From Hydrurus foetidus (lineage: Eukaryota), in the NCBI GenBank assembly GCA_900617105.1, contig UYFQ01000001.1, positions 3,162,001 through 3,226,000 of the forward strand: 64,000 bases of DNA, given 5' to 3'. The translations under genes and the position numbers were made by a program. The notes beneath the pieces were generated by a model that worked only from the letters and a program-made list of their open reading frames with translations, was not told the origin of the DNA and searched no databases. Below, in pieces: positions 46,989 to 57,158 of this stretch (positions within the stretch are counted from its first letter, which is position 1; every line of letters begins with the position of its first letter).

Positions 46989-48557
46989 ATGAAATTCAAA
47001 CTCGCCGTGCTCGCCGCCGCTTTGGTCTTAAGCCAAACCGCCAGCGCCAAAACCTTCAAGTGGACCAGCGCCAGCGACATTCCTACGTTGGACATTCACT
47101 CGCAAAACAACGCCCTGGGCAACGGCGTGCACGCAGCGGTGTATGAGTCGCTGGTGTACTACAACAGCAAAACTTTCAAGATTGAGCCGGTGCTGGCCAC
47201 CAGCTGGACGCTGGTCAACCCAACCCTTGTGCGCATTGAGCTGCGCAAAGGTGTGAAATTCAGCGATGGCTCGGCTTTCACGGTAGATGACGCGGTTTTT
47301 TCAATCAACCGTTCAATGGCCAAAACGTCGAACTTCAATGTCTTTGCCCAAGGCATCGACAAAGCCACCAAAACTGGTGAAAGCACGCTGGAGATCTCCC
47401 TCAAAGCGCCCAACCCAGTGCTCATGAACCAGCTCACCGAGCTGCGCATGATGAGCAAAGCCTGGGCTGAGAAGAACAAATCGCTTGAGCCAAAAGACAT
47501 CAAAACCAAAGACGAAAGCTTTGCGCACCGAAACGCCATGGGCACCGGCCCCTTCATGGTCGAAAGCTGGCAGCCTGACCAAAAGCTGGTCTTTAAACGC
47601 AACCCGAACTGGTGGGGCAAGTTAGAAGGCAACATCACCGAGATTGTTTATACGCCTATCAAGTCTGAAGCTACACGAGTAGCGGCGCTGTTGTCTGGTG
47701 AAGTCGATTTGGTGCTGGACCCCAGCCTGCAAGACCTGGGCCGCATGCGCAGCAACAGCGCCCTGAAGGTAATGGACGGCGCTGAAAACCGCACCATTTT
47801 CTTCGGTATGGACCAGTTCCGTGACGAGCTGGTGGGCTCCAACATCAAAGGCAAAAACCCCCTCAAAGACGTGCGCGTTCGCAAAGCGCTGTACCAGGCG
47901 ATTGACAGCGCCACGCTGAACCGCGTGGCCATGCGCGGCTTGAGCCAGCCCACCGGCACGCTGGTGTCGCCGCAAGTTAACGGCTGGACGAAAAAGGTCG
48001 ATGCGCGTTGGCCGTTCGACATTGACGGCGCCAAAAAATTACTGGACGAAGCGGGTTACAAGGATGGTTTTGAGGTCGACCTGGCGTGCCCGAACAACCG
48101 TTACATCAACGACGACGAAATCTGCCAGGCCGTCACGGCCATGTGGTCAAAAATCGGCGTAAAAGCCAAGCTGCGCACGCTGCCACTGGTCACGTATTTC
48201 CCCATGATTCAGCGCTATGAAGCGAGCATTTACATGCTGGGCTGGGGCGTGCCGACGTTTGATGCGCTGTACAGCCTGCAGTCGCTGGTGCGCAGCGTGG
48301 GCGCAGGCGGCGACGGCAACTACAACGTGGGCCGTTATTCAAACCCGCAAATGGACGCGCTGATTGAACGCATCAAGAAAGAAACCGATGCCAAAAACCG
48401 CAACGATTTGATTGAAAAAGCGCTGGAGTTGTCGCATCTAGACGTGTCACACATCCCGCTGCACAACCAGATCATTCCGTGGGCCATGAAGAAAAACATC
48501 GACGTGGTGCACCGCGCTGACAACCGCATTGACTGGCGGCTGGTCAAGGTCAACTGA
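46989..48557 (+). CDS. Peptide/nickel ABC transporter substrate-binding protein (family 5)
   Basis: Signal peptide, LRKGVKFSDG, GTGPF, DVRVRKAL. Confidence 0.95.
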   Translation: MKFKLAVLAAALVLSQTASAKTFKWTSASDIPTLDIHSQNNALGNGVHAAVYESLVYYNSKTFKIEPVLATSWTLVNPTLVRIELRKGVKFSDGSAFTVDDAVFSINRSMAKTSNFNVFAQGIDKATKTGESTLEISLKAPNPVLMNQLTELRMMSKAWAEKNKSLEPKDIKTKDESFAHRNAMGTGPFMVESWQPDQKLVFKRNPNWWGKLEGNITEIVYTPIKSEATRVAALLSGEVDLVLDPSLQDLGRMRSNSALKVMDGAENRTIFFGMDQFRDELVGSNIKGKNPLKDVRVRKALYQAIDSATLNRVAMRGLSQPTGTLVSPQVNGWTKKVDARWPFDIDGAKKLLDEAGYKDGFEVDLACPNNRYINDDEICQAVTAMWSKIGVKAKLRTLPLVTYFPMIQRYEASIYMLGWGVPTFDALYSLQSLVRSVGAGGDGNYNVGRYSNPQMDALIERIKKETDAKNRNDLIEKALELSHLDVSHIPLHNQIIPWAMKKNIDVVHRADNRIDWRLVKVN

Positions 48558-48566
48558 GACAGAATT

Positions 48567-48607
48567 GCACAACAAAAAAGGCCTTTCAAGGCCTTTTTTT
48601 GTTGTGC
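48567..48607. terminator. Bidirectional-type intrinsic terminator
   Basis: GCACAACAAAAAAGGCCTT-TC-AAGGCCTTTTTTTGTTGTGC. Confidence 0.85.
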
Positions 48608-48675
48608 GTCCTAAGGTAAGTCCCGTGGTGGCGCGCTATTTGCTGCGCTAGTATCGGGATAACTCTTTCAGCTTC

Positions 48676-49656
48676 ATGTTCGCATTCATTCTTCAACGCT
48701 TGGTTCAAGCCGTAATCGTCATGATTTCGGTGGCACTTATCTCGTTTTTACTGTTTCAGTACGTCGGCGACCCGGTGGTGTTTTTGCTCGGCCAAGACGC
48801 GACACCCCAGCAAATTAAAGAATTGCGCGCCGACCTGGGGCTAGACAAATCCTTTGTGGTGCAGTTCTGGAACTTTCTGGGCAATGCCGTGCGCGGCGAG
48901 TTTGGCCTTAGCCTGCGTCAAGGCTCTAAAGTTTCGCGCCTGATCGCCGAGCGCCTGCCTGCCACGCTTGAGCTGGCGGGTGTTGCCGCTGTGCTGGCGC
49001 TGGTGCTGGGCATACCGATGGGCGTATATGCCGCCCTCAAACGCGGCACATTTTTAAGCCAGCTGTTCATGACCGTGTCGCTGCTGGGTGTGTCGCTGCC
49101 TACTTTTCTGGTCGGCATTTTGCTGATATTAGTGTTTGCGGTCGGCTTGGGCTGGTTCCCCAGTTTTGGTCGGGGTGATGTGGTGCAAGTCGGCTGGTGG
49201 AGTTCGGGCTTGTTAACGCCCAAGGGCTGGCACCACATCGCGCTGCCAGCGCTCACACTGGCGGTGTTTCAGCTCACGCTCATCATGCGGCTGGTGCGCG
49301 CTGAAATGCTCGAGGTGCTGCGCACCGATTACGTCAAGTTTGCGCGCGCCCGGGGCTTGTCAAACACCGCGATTCACTTCGGCCACGCGCTTAAAAACAC
49401 ACTGGTGCCCGTCATCACCATCACCGGCCTGCAACTCGGCGCGTTGATTGCCTTTGCCATCATTACTGAAACCGTCTTTCAGTGGCCGGGCATGGGGCTG
49501 CTGTTCATTCAAGCCGTGACGTTTGCCGACATTCCCGTCATGGCCGCCTACCTGTGCCTGACGGCGCTGATTTTTGTAGTGATTAACCTGGTGGTTGATT
49601 TGCTGTATTTTGTTGTCGATCCGCGCCTTCGCGTGGGCAAGTCTGGAGGCCATTGA
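48676..49656 (+). CDS. Peptide ABC transporter permease (DppB-like)
   Basis: RLPATLELA, DYVKFARARGL, ETVFQWPG. Confidence 0.95.
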   Translation: MFAFILQRLVQAVIVMISVALISFLLFQYVGDPVVFLLGQDATPQQIKELRADLGLDKSFVVQFWNFLGNAVRGEFGLSLRQGSKVSRLIAERLPATLELAGVAAVLALVLGIPMGVYAALKRGTFLSQLFMTVSLLGVSLPTFLVGILLILVFAVGLGWFPSFGRGDVVQVGWWSSGLLTPKGWHHIALPALTLAVFQLTLIMRLVRAEMLEVLRTDYVKFARARGLSNTAIHFGHALKNTLVPVITITGLQLGALIAFAIITETVFQWPGMGLLFIQAVTFADIPVMAAYLCLTALIFVVINLVVDLLYFVVDPRLRVGKSGGH

Positions 49657-50897
49657 TGCTGACTGCCGTTAAACCGCAAAAGTTGATGGGAGCGGGCAGA
49701 GCCTTTGCCGCCATCACCGAGTTTCACCCCGAGCTCACTGCCTTTCGGCGTGACTTGCATGCCCACCCCGAGCTGGGTTTTGAAGAGGTCTACACCGCAG
49801 GCCGCGTCAAGCAAGCGCTTGAGCTGTGTGGGGTGGATGAAATTCACACTGGCATTGGCGTTACGGGCGTGGTCGGCATCATCTATGGCAAGGGCAAAAC
49901 AAAAGCCAAGCCCGGCAACATGATTGGCCTGCGCGCTGACATGGATGCGCTGCCGCTAACCGAACACAACGCCTTCGGCTGGAAGTCTGGCCAGCCCGGA
50001 AAAATGCACGCCTGTGGCCACGACGGCCACACCACCATGCTGGTCGGTGCGGCGCGCTACCTAGCAGAAACGCGTAATTTCGACGGCACAGCGGTGTTGA
50101 TTTTTCAGCCCGGCGAAGAAGGCTACGCCGGTGCCAAAGCGATGATTGAAGACGGCTTGTTTGACCGCTTTCCGGTGCAGGCCGCTTACGCCATGCACAA
50201 CTGGCCGTCGATGCCGCCCGGCACAGTGGGCGTGAACCGCGGGCCCATGATGGCAGCTGCCGACCGCATCACCATCACCATTACCGGCAAAGGCGGCCAT
50301 GGCGCGCACCCTTACATGGCGATTGACCCGGTACTGGTAGCGGCGCACATCATTACCGCCGTGCAAAGCATTGTCAGCCGCAATGTCAAGCCGCAAGACA
50401 GCGCTGTTATCAGCATTTGCGCCATGAACGCCGGCGACTTGGGCGCCATGAGCGTGATTCCCGGCACGGCCACGCTGGTGGGCACGGTGCGTACCTTCAA
50501 CGCTGACGTGCAAGACATGATTGAAAAACGTCTGCACACATTGATTGCCTCAGTAGCTGAAGCGTTTGGCGCAACCGCAAGCATGAACTACGAACGCATT
50601 TACCCCGCCACCATCAACACGCCTGTCGAGGCGATGTTTGCCGCTGATGTTGCCGCCATGATGGTGGGTGAGCACAACGTGGTACGCGACATCGTGCCCA
50701 GCATGGGCGCAGAAGACTTTTCATTCATGCTGCAAGCCAAACCCGGCGCTTACCTGCGGCTGGGCCAAGGCGATGGCTTGGGCCAGGCAGGTTGCTTTTT
50801 GCACAACAGCCGTTATGACTTTAACGACGAAGTGCTGCCACTGGGCGCGGCGTTGTTGGCGGGTTTGGTTGAACAGTCCATGCCCTTGGGCGTTTGA
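49653..50897 (+). CDS. M20D amidohydrolase (hippurate hydrolase-like)
   Basis: HPELGFEE, RADMDALP, MHACGHDGH, FQPGEE, AEDFS. Confidence 0.93.
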   Translation: MMLTAVKPQKLMGAGRAFAAITEFHPELTAFRRDLHAHPELGFEEVYTAGRVKQALELCGVDEIHTGIGVTGVVGIIYGKGKTKAKPGNMIGLRADMDALPLTEHNAFGWKSGQPGKMHACGHDGHTTMLVGAARYLAETRNFDGTAVLIFQPGEEGYAGAKAMIEDGLFDRFPVQAAYAMHNWPSMPPGTVGVNRGPMMAAADRITITITGKGGHGAHPYMAIDPVLVAAHIITAVQSIVSRNVKPQDSAVISICAMNAGDLGAMSVIPGTATLVGTVRTFNADVQDMIEKRLHTLIASVAEAFGATASMNYERIYPATINTPVEAMFAADVAAMMVGEHNVVRDIVPSMGAEDFSFMLQAKPGAYLRLGQGDGLGQAGCFLHNSRYDFNDEVLPLGAALLAGLVEQSMPLGV

Positions 50898-50932
50898 AGC
50901 AAAGTCTTTTTGAGTTAAAAACAGGAGAAAAC

Positions 50933-52543
50933 ATGTCAATATCAGCATCAAAAACAACGCTAGCCCAATTAATACGGGCGCAAGCAGCTATTATTTTAGT
51001 AGCTGGCGCGGTCGGCTTTGTCGGCACAGCCAGTGCCAAAACCATTCGCATCGGCAACCAGGGCGATGCGCTCTCGCTTGACCCGCACTCACTGAATGAA
51101 TCATTGCAGCTCAGCGTCACTGGCAATGTGTACGAGCCCCTGGTGGGCCGCAACAAGGACCTGAGCCTGGCGCCGATTTTGGCCACCAGCTGGAGCCAGC
51201 CAACACCATTGGTGTGGCGTTTTGAGCTACGCAAGGGCGTGCAATTTCACGACGGCACGCCTTTTACGGCAGACGATGTGCTGTTCAGCTTTGCACGCGC
51301 TGCGGGTGACGGCTCAGACATGAAAAGCTACACCAATGACATCAAGGAGGTCCGCAAAGTGGGCGATCTTGTTGTGGAAATTGAGACCAAAGCACCATTT
51401 CCTATCTTGCCAGACGTGATCTCGCTGGTTTTCATGATGAGTAAAAAGTGGTCTGAAGCCAACCAGGCCACCAAACCGGTTGACCGGCGCAAAGGCATTG
51501 AAAATGCGGCGTCGTTTCGATCGAATGGCACCGGCCCTTACCGCGTTCGCGAGCGTCAGCCCGGCATTAAAACCACCTTCAGCAAAAGCGGTAACTACTG
51601 GGGCAAGGTTGAGGGTAACGTGACTGAAGTAACCTACACCCCGATTACCAACGACGCCACGCGCGTGGCGGCTTTGCTGTCGGGTGAAATTGATGTCATG
51701 GAGCCCGTGCCCGTGCAGGACATTGCACGCGTCAACGCCAGCGCCAATGCCAAAGTAATGACTGGGCCGGAGCTGCGCACCATCTTTTTGGGCATGGACC
51801 AAAAGCGTGATGAGCTGCTGTACTCCAGCGTGAAGGGCAAAAACCCGTTCAAAGACAAACGCGTTCGCCAGGCGTTCTACCAGGCCATTGACATTGAAGG
51901 CATTAAACGCAGCGTGATGCGCGGCGCGTCCAGCCCAACTGCTTTGATGGTAGGCCCGGGTATCAATGGTTTTGATGCGGCGGCCAACAAGCGTTTGCCG
52001 TACGACCTGGAAGGCGCTAAAAAATTGATGGCGGATGCCGGCTACGGCGCGGGCTTTGAAGTTGCCATGAACTGCCCGAACGACCGCTACGTGAACGACA
52101 GCAAAATTTGTCAGGCTGTTGCCGCAGACCTTTCACGCATCAACGTCAAGATCAATTTGCAGGCAGAAACCAAAGGCACCTACTTCCCCAAAATTTTGCG
52201 CCGGGACACCAGCTTTTATATGTTGGGCTGGACGCCAGCAACCTACGACGCACACAACGCGTTTAATGGCCTGATGCGCTGCGTGGACGACAAAGGCGCA
52301 GGTCAGTTCAACCTGGGCTCGTACTGCAACCCCAAGGTGGATGAGCTGATTGCCAAAATTCAGTCTGAAACCGACAAAGGCAAACGCGCCGCCTTTATTA
52401 ACGAAGCCTTCAAGCTGCACACCGATGACATCGGCCATCTGCCACTCCATCAGCAAGCGTTGGCTTGGGGCGTGAGCAAAAAAGTGGAGCTGGTGCAAAT
52501 GGCAGATAACTTCATGCCGTTCAAATGGATGAGCGTGAAGTAA
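50933..52543 (+). CDS. Second peptide ABC substrate-binding protein
   Basis: AGGAG RBS before ATG 50933; paralogous to 46989..48557. Confidence 0.93.
   Translation: MSISASKTTLAQLIRAQAAIILVAGAVGFVGTASAKTIRIGNQGDALSLDPHSLNESLQLSVTGNVYEPLVGRNKDLSLAPILATSWSQPTPLVWRFELRKGVQFHDGTPFTADDVLFSFARAAGDGSDMKSYTNDIKEVRKVGDLVVEIETKAPFPILPDVISLVFMMSKKWSEANQATKPVDRRKGIENAASFRSNGTGPYRVRERQPGIKTTFSKSGNYWGKVEGNVTEVTYTPITNDATRVAALLSGEIDVMEPVPVQDIARVNASANAKVMTGPELRTIFLGMDQKRDELLYSSVKGKNPFKDKRVRQAFYQAIDIEGIKRSVMRGASSPTALMVGPGINGFDAAANKRLPYDLEGAKKLMADAGYGAGFEVAMNCPNDRYVNDSKICQAVAADLSRINVKINLQAETKGTYFPKILRRDTSFYMLGWTPATYDAHNAFNGLMRCVDDKGAGQFNLGSYCNPKVDELIAKIQSETDKGKRAAFINEAFKLHTDDIGHLPLHQQALAWGVSKKVELVQMADNFMPFKWMSVK
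50941..51004 (-). repeat. Dispersed repeat, copy 17, in frame within the signal peptide
   Basis: TAGCCCAATTAATACGGGCGCAAGCAGCTATTATTTTAGTAGCT encodes AQLIRAQAAIILVA. Confidence 0.9.
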
Positions 52544-52552
52544 ATTCAGCAC

Positions 52553-53464
52553 GTGACAAATCTCATCACCCGCTGGCTAGATACTGACGTCGGCTACAGC
52601 TTTAAAACATCACCGATGGCGATTGCTGCCGCGGTGGTGGCTTTCATTTGCCTGGTGTGCGCGGTGTTTGCGGGCTTCATTGCCCCGCACAACCCGTTTG
52701 ACCTGACCACGCTGGAGTTGTCCAACGCCCGGCTACCCCCCGCGTGGGACGACGAGGGCAAGCGAAGCTTTTTGCTCGGTACCGACGACCAGGGCCGCGA
52801 CATTTTGTCGACGCTGATGTACGGCGCCCGCATATCACTTGCAGTGGGTTTTGCATCGGTGATTATTTCAGTTGTATTTGGTGTGGTGATGGGGCTGCTG
52901 GCCGGCTTTATGGGGGGTTGGCTCGACAGCTTTTTAATGCGGCTGTGCGACGTGATGCTGAGCTTTCCCGCTATTTTGGTGGCGCTGCTGATTGCAGGTG
53001 TCGGCCGTGCGATGTTTCCGAACGCACACGAATCGTTGGCTTTTGGCGTGCTGATTGTGTCCATCTCGCTCACGGGCTGGGTGCAGTACGCCCGCACGGT
53101 GCGCGGCTCCACGCTGGTCGAGCGCAATAAAGAATATGTGCAGGCCGCCCGCGTCACAGGCGTTGCACCTTTGCGCATCATGACGCGCCATGTGCTGCCC
53201 AATGTGCTCGGCCCGGTGCTGGTGCTGGCCACGATTCAGGTGGCAACCGCCATCATCACTGAGGCCACGCTGTCGTTTTTGGGCGTCGGTGTGCCGCCCA
53301 CCTCACCGTCGCTAGGCACGCTGATTCGCGTTGGCAATGACTATTTGTTTTCAGGCGAATGGTGGATCACCGTGTTCCCCGCGCTGATGCTGATCATCAT
53401 TGCACTCAGTGTGAATTTGCTGGGCGACTGGTTGCGTGATGCGCTGAATCCACGCTTACGCTAA
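52553..53464 (+). CDS. Peptide ABC transporter permease (DppC-like)
   Basis: LGTDDQGRD, EYVQAARVTG, GDWLRDALNPR. Confidence 0.95.
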   Translation: MTNLITRWLDTDVGYSFKTSPMAIAAAVVAFICLVCAVFAGFIAPHNPFDLTTLELSNARLPPAWDDEGKRSFLLGTDDQGRDILSTLMYGARISLAVGFASVIISVVFGVVMGLLAGFMGGWLDSFLMRLCDVMLSFPAILVALLIAGVGRAMFPNAHESLAFGVLIVSISLTGWVQYARTVRGSTLVERNKEYVQAARVTGVAPLRIMTRHVLPNVLGPVLVLATIQVATAIITEATLSFLGVGVPPTSPSLGTLIRVGNDYLFSGEWWITVFPALMLIIIALSVNLLGDWLRDALNPRLR

Positions 53465-53465
53465 T

Positions 53466-53682
53466 GGGTGCTTCCATAAATTCATTTTTCGGGCGAATTG
53501 CTGCACTGAGCGGCAGCGAACGCGTGGCGTTCGGCGGTGCCCACAATCCTCATGCACACAAGTGCGTGCCTAGGTCCTGCGCTCCGTCCGCCTTGCACTT
53601 CATCCCGACAACGAAGTTGCAGAGCAGACTAACTTGTACCCAAGTTACGTCGTAACTAAAAACTGAATTTCTAAAAGCACCC
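53466..53682. mobile_element. MITE-like palindromic element, 217 bp
   Basis: Imperfect TIRs GGGTGCTTCCATAAATTCATTTTT and AAAAACTGAATTTCTAAAAGCACCC; internal hairpins; fills the permease-ATPase gap. Confidence 0.7.
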
Positions 53683-53690
53683 GAATACCG

Positions 53691-54665
53691 ATGTCGCTTC
53701 TTCAAGTCAAAAATCTCGTCGTCGAGTTTCCTAACCGCCGAGGCACACTGCGCGCCATCGACGGTATTTCTTTCGACATTGCCCCTGGTGAAATTTTGGG
53801 CGTAGTCGGTGAATCGGGTGCGGGCAAGTCGCTGACGGGCGCAGCCATCATCGGCCTGCTGGAGCCGCCCGGCCGCATTGCCAGCGGTGAAGTGTTGCTG
53901 GAAGGCAAACGCATCGACAACTTGAGTAACGACGAATTGCGCCACATTCGCGGCCGCAAAATCGGTGCGATTTTTCAAGACCCGCTTACCTCACTCAACC
54001 CGCTGTACAGCGTGGGCAAACAACTGACCGAAACCATTCAGGCGCACTTGCCGGTGAGCAACGCCGAGGCTCGCAAGCGTGCGATTGACCTGCTCAAAGA
54101 CACGGGCATTCCGGCAGCTGAACAGCGCATTGACCACTACCCGCACCAGTTTTCAGGCGGTATGCGCCAGCGCGTGGTGATTGCATTGGCACTGGCGGCT
54201 GAGCCTAAGTTGATCGTTGCCGACGAGCCCACCACCGCGCTGGACGTGTCGATTCAGGCGCAGATCATCAGCCTGCTGAAAAACATTTGCAAAAGCCGCG
54301 GCGCCGCCGTCATGCTGATCACCCACGACATGGGCGTGATTGCCGAGACCTGCGACCGCGTGGCGGTGATGTACGCGGGCCGCATCGTTGAAATTGGCCC
54401 CGTGCATGAAGTCATCAACCACCCCGCGCACCCGTACACCGCCGGGCTGATGGCATCGATTCCTGACATTACGCAAGACCGTGAATACTTAAACCAGATT
54501 GACGGTGCCATGCCCCGCCTGAACGCGATCCCCACCGGTTGCGCGTTTAACCCGCGCTGCCCGAAAGTGTTTGACCGCTGTAAAACCGAACGCCCCGTGC
54601 TGGTCAATGCCGGTGCGACCCGCGCAGCCTGCTGGTTAGTTGACGAACCGGGAGCGAGGGCATGA
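53691..54665 (+). CDS. Peptide ABC transporter ATPase (DppD-like)
   Basis: [29 protein letters not shown]-terminal Cys cluster. Confidence 0.96.
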   Translation: MSLLQVKNLVVEFPNRRGTLRAIDGISFDIAPGEILGVVGESGAGKSLTGAAIIGLLEPPGRIASGEVLLEGKRIDNLSNDELRHIRGRKIGAIFQDPLTSLNPLYSVGKQLTETIQAHLPVSNAEARKRAIDLLKDTGIPAAEQRIDHYPHQFSGGMRQRVVIALALAAEPKLIVADEPTTALDVSIQAQIISLLKNICKSRGAAVMLITHDMGVIAETCDRVAVMYAGRIVEIGPVHEVINHPAHPYTAGLMASIPDITQDREYLNQIDGAMPRLNAIPTGCAFNPRCPKVFDRCKTERPVLVNAGATRAACWLVDEPGARA

Positions 54666-55654
54666 GCACGTTAGTTGCGGTCAATGACATCGCCATGACG
54701 TTTGATGTCTCGCCCAGCTTGCTAACCCGGGTCGTCGAACGCAAGCCCAAACTCTTTTTGCACGCTGTTGATGGTGTGAGTTTTGAAATTGAAAAAGGCA
54801 AAACGCTGGCGCTGGTGGGCGAATCGGGTTGCGGCAAAAGCACGGTGGCCAAGCTGATGGTCGGCCTGTACCAGCCCACGCGCGGCAACATGACCTTTGA
54901 CGGCATGGACGCACACGCCACCTACAAGAGCCCGACTGGCTTGAAGCTGCGCGAACGCATTCAAATGATTTTCCAGGACCCGTATGCGTCGCTTAACCCG
55001 CGCTGGATTGTGGAAGACATCATTGGCGAGCCGCTTAAAGAACACGGCATCATCACGGACGAGGCTGAGTTAAAACACAAGGTCGGCGACCTGCTCAAAT
55101 CTGTTGGTTTGAGCCCGCTCGACATGCCCAAATACCCGCACCAGTTCTCTGGTGGGCAGCGCCAGCGTATTTCGATTGCGCGGGCACTCGCCACCAACCC
55201 CGAGTTTTTGGTGTGCGATGAGCCCACCAGCGCGCTGGACGTCAGCGTGCAGGCGCAGGTGCTCAACATCATGAAAGACCTGCAAAAAAAGCGCGGGTTA
55301 ACGTATCTTTTCATCAGCCACAACCTGGCTGTGGTGCGCCACGTTAGCGACAGTGTTGGCGTGATGTACCTGGGCCGCTTGGTGGAGCTGGCTGATAAAC
55401 AATCACTGTTCGCCACGCCGCGCCACCCGTACACGCGCATGCTGCTTGACGCCATTCCTAAAATGCACGACACCGGCCGCGCCCGCACCGCAGTGCAGGG
55501 CGAGGTGCCGAATCCCTTGAATCCGCCGACAGGTTGCGCCTTCAATCCCCGTTGCCCGCACGCCAATGAACGCTGCCGCACTGAGCGACCCGTGTTGAAA
55601 TTGCTGCACGGCATCAAGGTGGCTTGCCATGCGGTGGAAGAGGGCCGAGTTTAG
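54662..55654 (+). CDS. Peptide ABC transporter ATPase (DppF-like)
   Basis: GESGCGKST, FSGGQRQR, DEPTSALD. Confidence 0.96.
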   Translation: MSTLVAVNDIAMTFDVSPSLLTRVVERKPKLFLHAVDGVSFEIEKGKTLALVGESGCGKSTVAKLMVGLYQPTRGNMTFDGMDAHATYKSPTGLKLRERIQMIFQDPYASLNPRWIVEDIIGEPLKEHGIITDEAELKHKVGDLLKSVGLSPLDMPKYPHQFSGGQRQRISIARALATNPEFLVCDEPTSALDVSVQAQVLNIMKDLQKKRGLTYLFISHNLAVVRHVSDSVGVMYLGRLVELADKQSLFATPRHPYTRMLLDAIPKMHDTGRARTAVQGEVPNPLNPPTGCAFNPRCPHANERCRTERPVLKLLHGIKVACHAVEEGRV

Positions 55655-55665
55655 GGCGCGTTGCT

Positions 55666-55717
55666 CGCTATATATTTAGTAGCTGCTCGCGCCCGTATTT
55701 ATTGGGCGGAAGGCATA
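55666..55717 (+). repeat. Dispersed repeat, copy 18
   Basis: CGCTATATATTTAGTAGCTGCTCGCGCCCGTATTTATTGGGCGGAAGGCATA. Confidence 0.88.
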
Positions 55718-55859
55718 AAATATCGCTAAAAAAGGCTGTTTTTAGGTCAATTTGCTGCGATCGGCACCCCGCAACTGCACGGGCCCGCAAGCCGCCATAT
55801 CAAAAGCGTATGCTGGGTTTATCGCATCGCAATCAACTCACAGTACACATAAGGCAGAC

Positions 55860-57011
55860 ATGACCCACCTCTCGTTTCGCACCGGTCTTCAACTTCGCTC
55901 GCTTATTACGGCCAGCGGGCAACTAGAGCTGTCATTGGTCAGCGACACGATTGCCGACCTCGCGCCCGACGACGTGGTGGTGCGCATTGAAGCAGCGCCC
56001 ATTAACCCGTCTGACATTGGCCTGCTGTTTGGCGCAGCCGACATGCGCAGCGCCACTGCCAGCGGCACCGCCGCCAGCCCGGTAATCACCGCCCCGATTG
56101 CAGCCAAGTTCATGCCCAGCATGGGCGCGCGCGTGGGCCAGTCAATGCCAGTCGGCAACGAAGGCGCTGGCGTGGTGGTCGATGCTGGCCAGTCTGCTGA
56201 AGCGCAGGCGCTGCTCGGCAAAACCGTGGCGGTGTTGGGTGGTGCCATGTATTCGCAGTTGCGCTGCGTCAAGGCCGCGCAATGCCTGGTTTTGCCTGCG
56301 GGCACCACGGCAGCAGAAGGCGCATCGTGTTTTGTGAACCCGCTTACCTCGCTCGGCATGGTCGAAACGATGCGGCGAGAAGGCCACACCGCGCTGGTAC
56401 ACACGGCAGCGGCGTCTAACCTGGGGCAAATGCTCAATAAAATTTGTATCAAAAACAAGATTGAGTTGGTCAACATTGTGCGCAAGCCCGAGCAAGTCGC
56501 CGTTTTGCGGGCGCTAGGCGCACGCTACATTTGCGACGCCAGTTTGCCCACTTTCATGGACGACTTAACAGCCGCACTGGTGGCCACCGGCGCCACCATT
56601 GCGTTTGATGCCACCGGCGGCGGCAAGCTGGCTGGGCAAATTTTGACCTGCATGGAAGCAGCACTCAACAAAACCGCCACCACTTACAGCCGCTACGGCT
56701 CCACCACCCACAAGCAGGTCTATATTTACGGCGGCCTGGACACTGGGCCAACCGAGTTCAACCGCAGCTTTGGCATGAGCTGGGGCATGGGCGGCTGGTT
56801 GATGTTTCCGTTTTTAGAAAAAATTGGCGAAGCGGCTACGCAAGCGCTCAAGCAGCGGGTCGCCGCTGAGCTCAAAACCACATTTGCCAGCAGCTATTCC
56901 AAAGAAATATCGCTGGCAGAAGCGCTGCAACTCGACGCGATCGCGGTGTACGGCCAGCGCGCAACTGGAGCCAAGTACTTGATTAATCCGGCTAAGGGTG
57001 TGGTGGCGTAG
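55860..57011 (+). CDS. MDR-superfamily NAD(P)H oxidoreductase (enoyl-reductase-like)
   Basis: AAPINPSD, GNEGAGVV, FVNPLT, AAASNLG, FDATGG. Confidence 0.87.
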   Translation: MTHLSFRTGLQLRSLITASGQLELSLVSDTIADLAPDDVVVRIEAAPINPSDIGLLFGAADMRSATASGTAASPVITAPIAAKFMPSMGARVGQSMPVGNEGAGVVVDAGQSAEAQALLGKTVAVLGGAMYSQLRCVKAAQCLVLPAGTTAAEGASCFVNPLTSLGMVETMRREGHTALVHTAAASNLGQMLNKICIKNKIELVNIVRKPEQVAVLRALGARYICDASLPTFMDDLTAALVATGATIAFDATGGGKLAGQILTCMEAALNKTATTYSRYGSTTHKQVYIYGGLDTGPTEFNRSFGMSWGMGGWLMFPFLEKIGEAATQALKQRVAAELKTTFASSYSKEISLAEALQLDAIAVYGQRATGAKYLINPAKGVVA

Positions 57012-57077
57012 GGAATGGGTTGATTGCTGGCGGAGCAGCCGAAGTTAACGCGAATATCCAGTTGGGGAAAAATTTAT

Positions 57078-57129
57078 TGCTATTATTTAAATAGCTGCTT
57101 GCGCCCGTATTTATTGCGCTACAGCCCTA
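57078..57129 (+). repeat. Dispersed repeat, copy 19
   Basis: TGCTATTATTTAAATAGCTGCTTGCGCCCGTATTTATTGCGCTACAGCCCTA. Confidence 0.88.
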
Positions 57130-57158
57130 AAACATACTTAAAAACGCCTTAAAAATGG

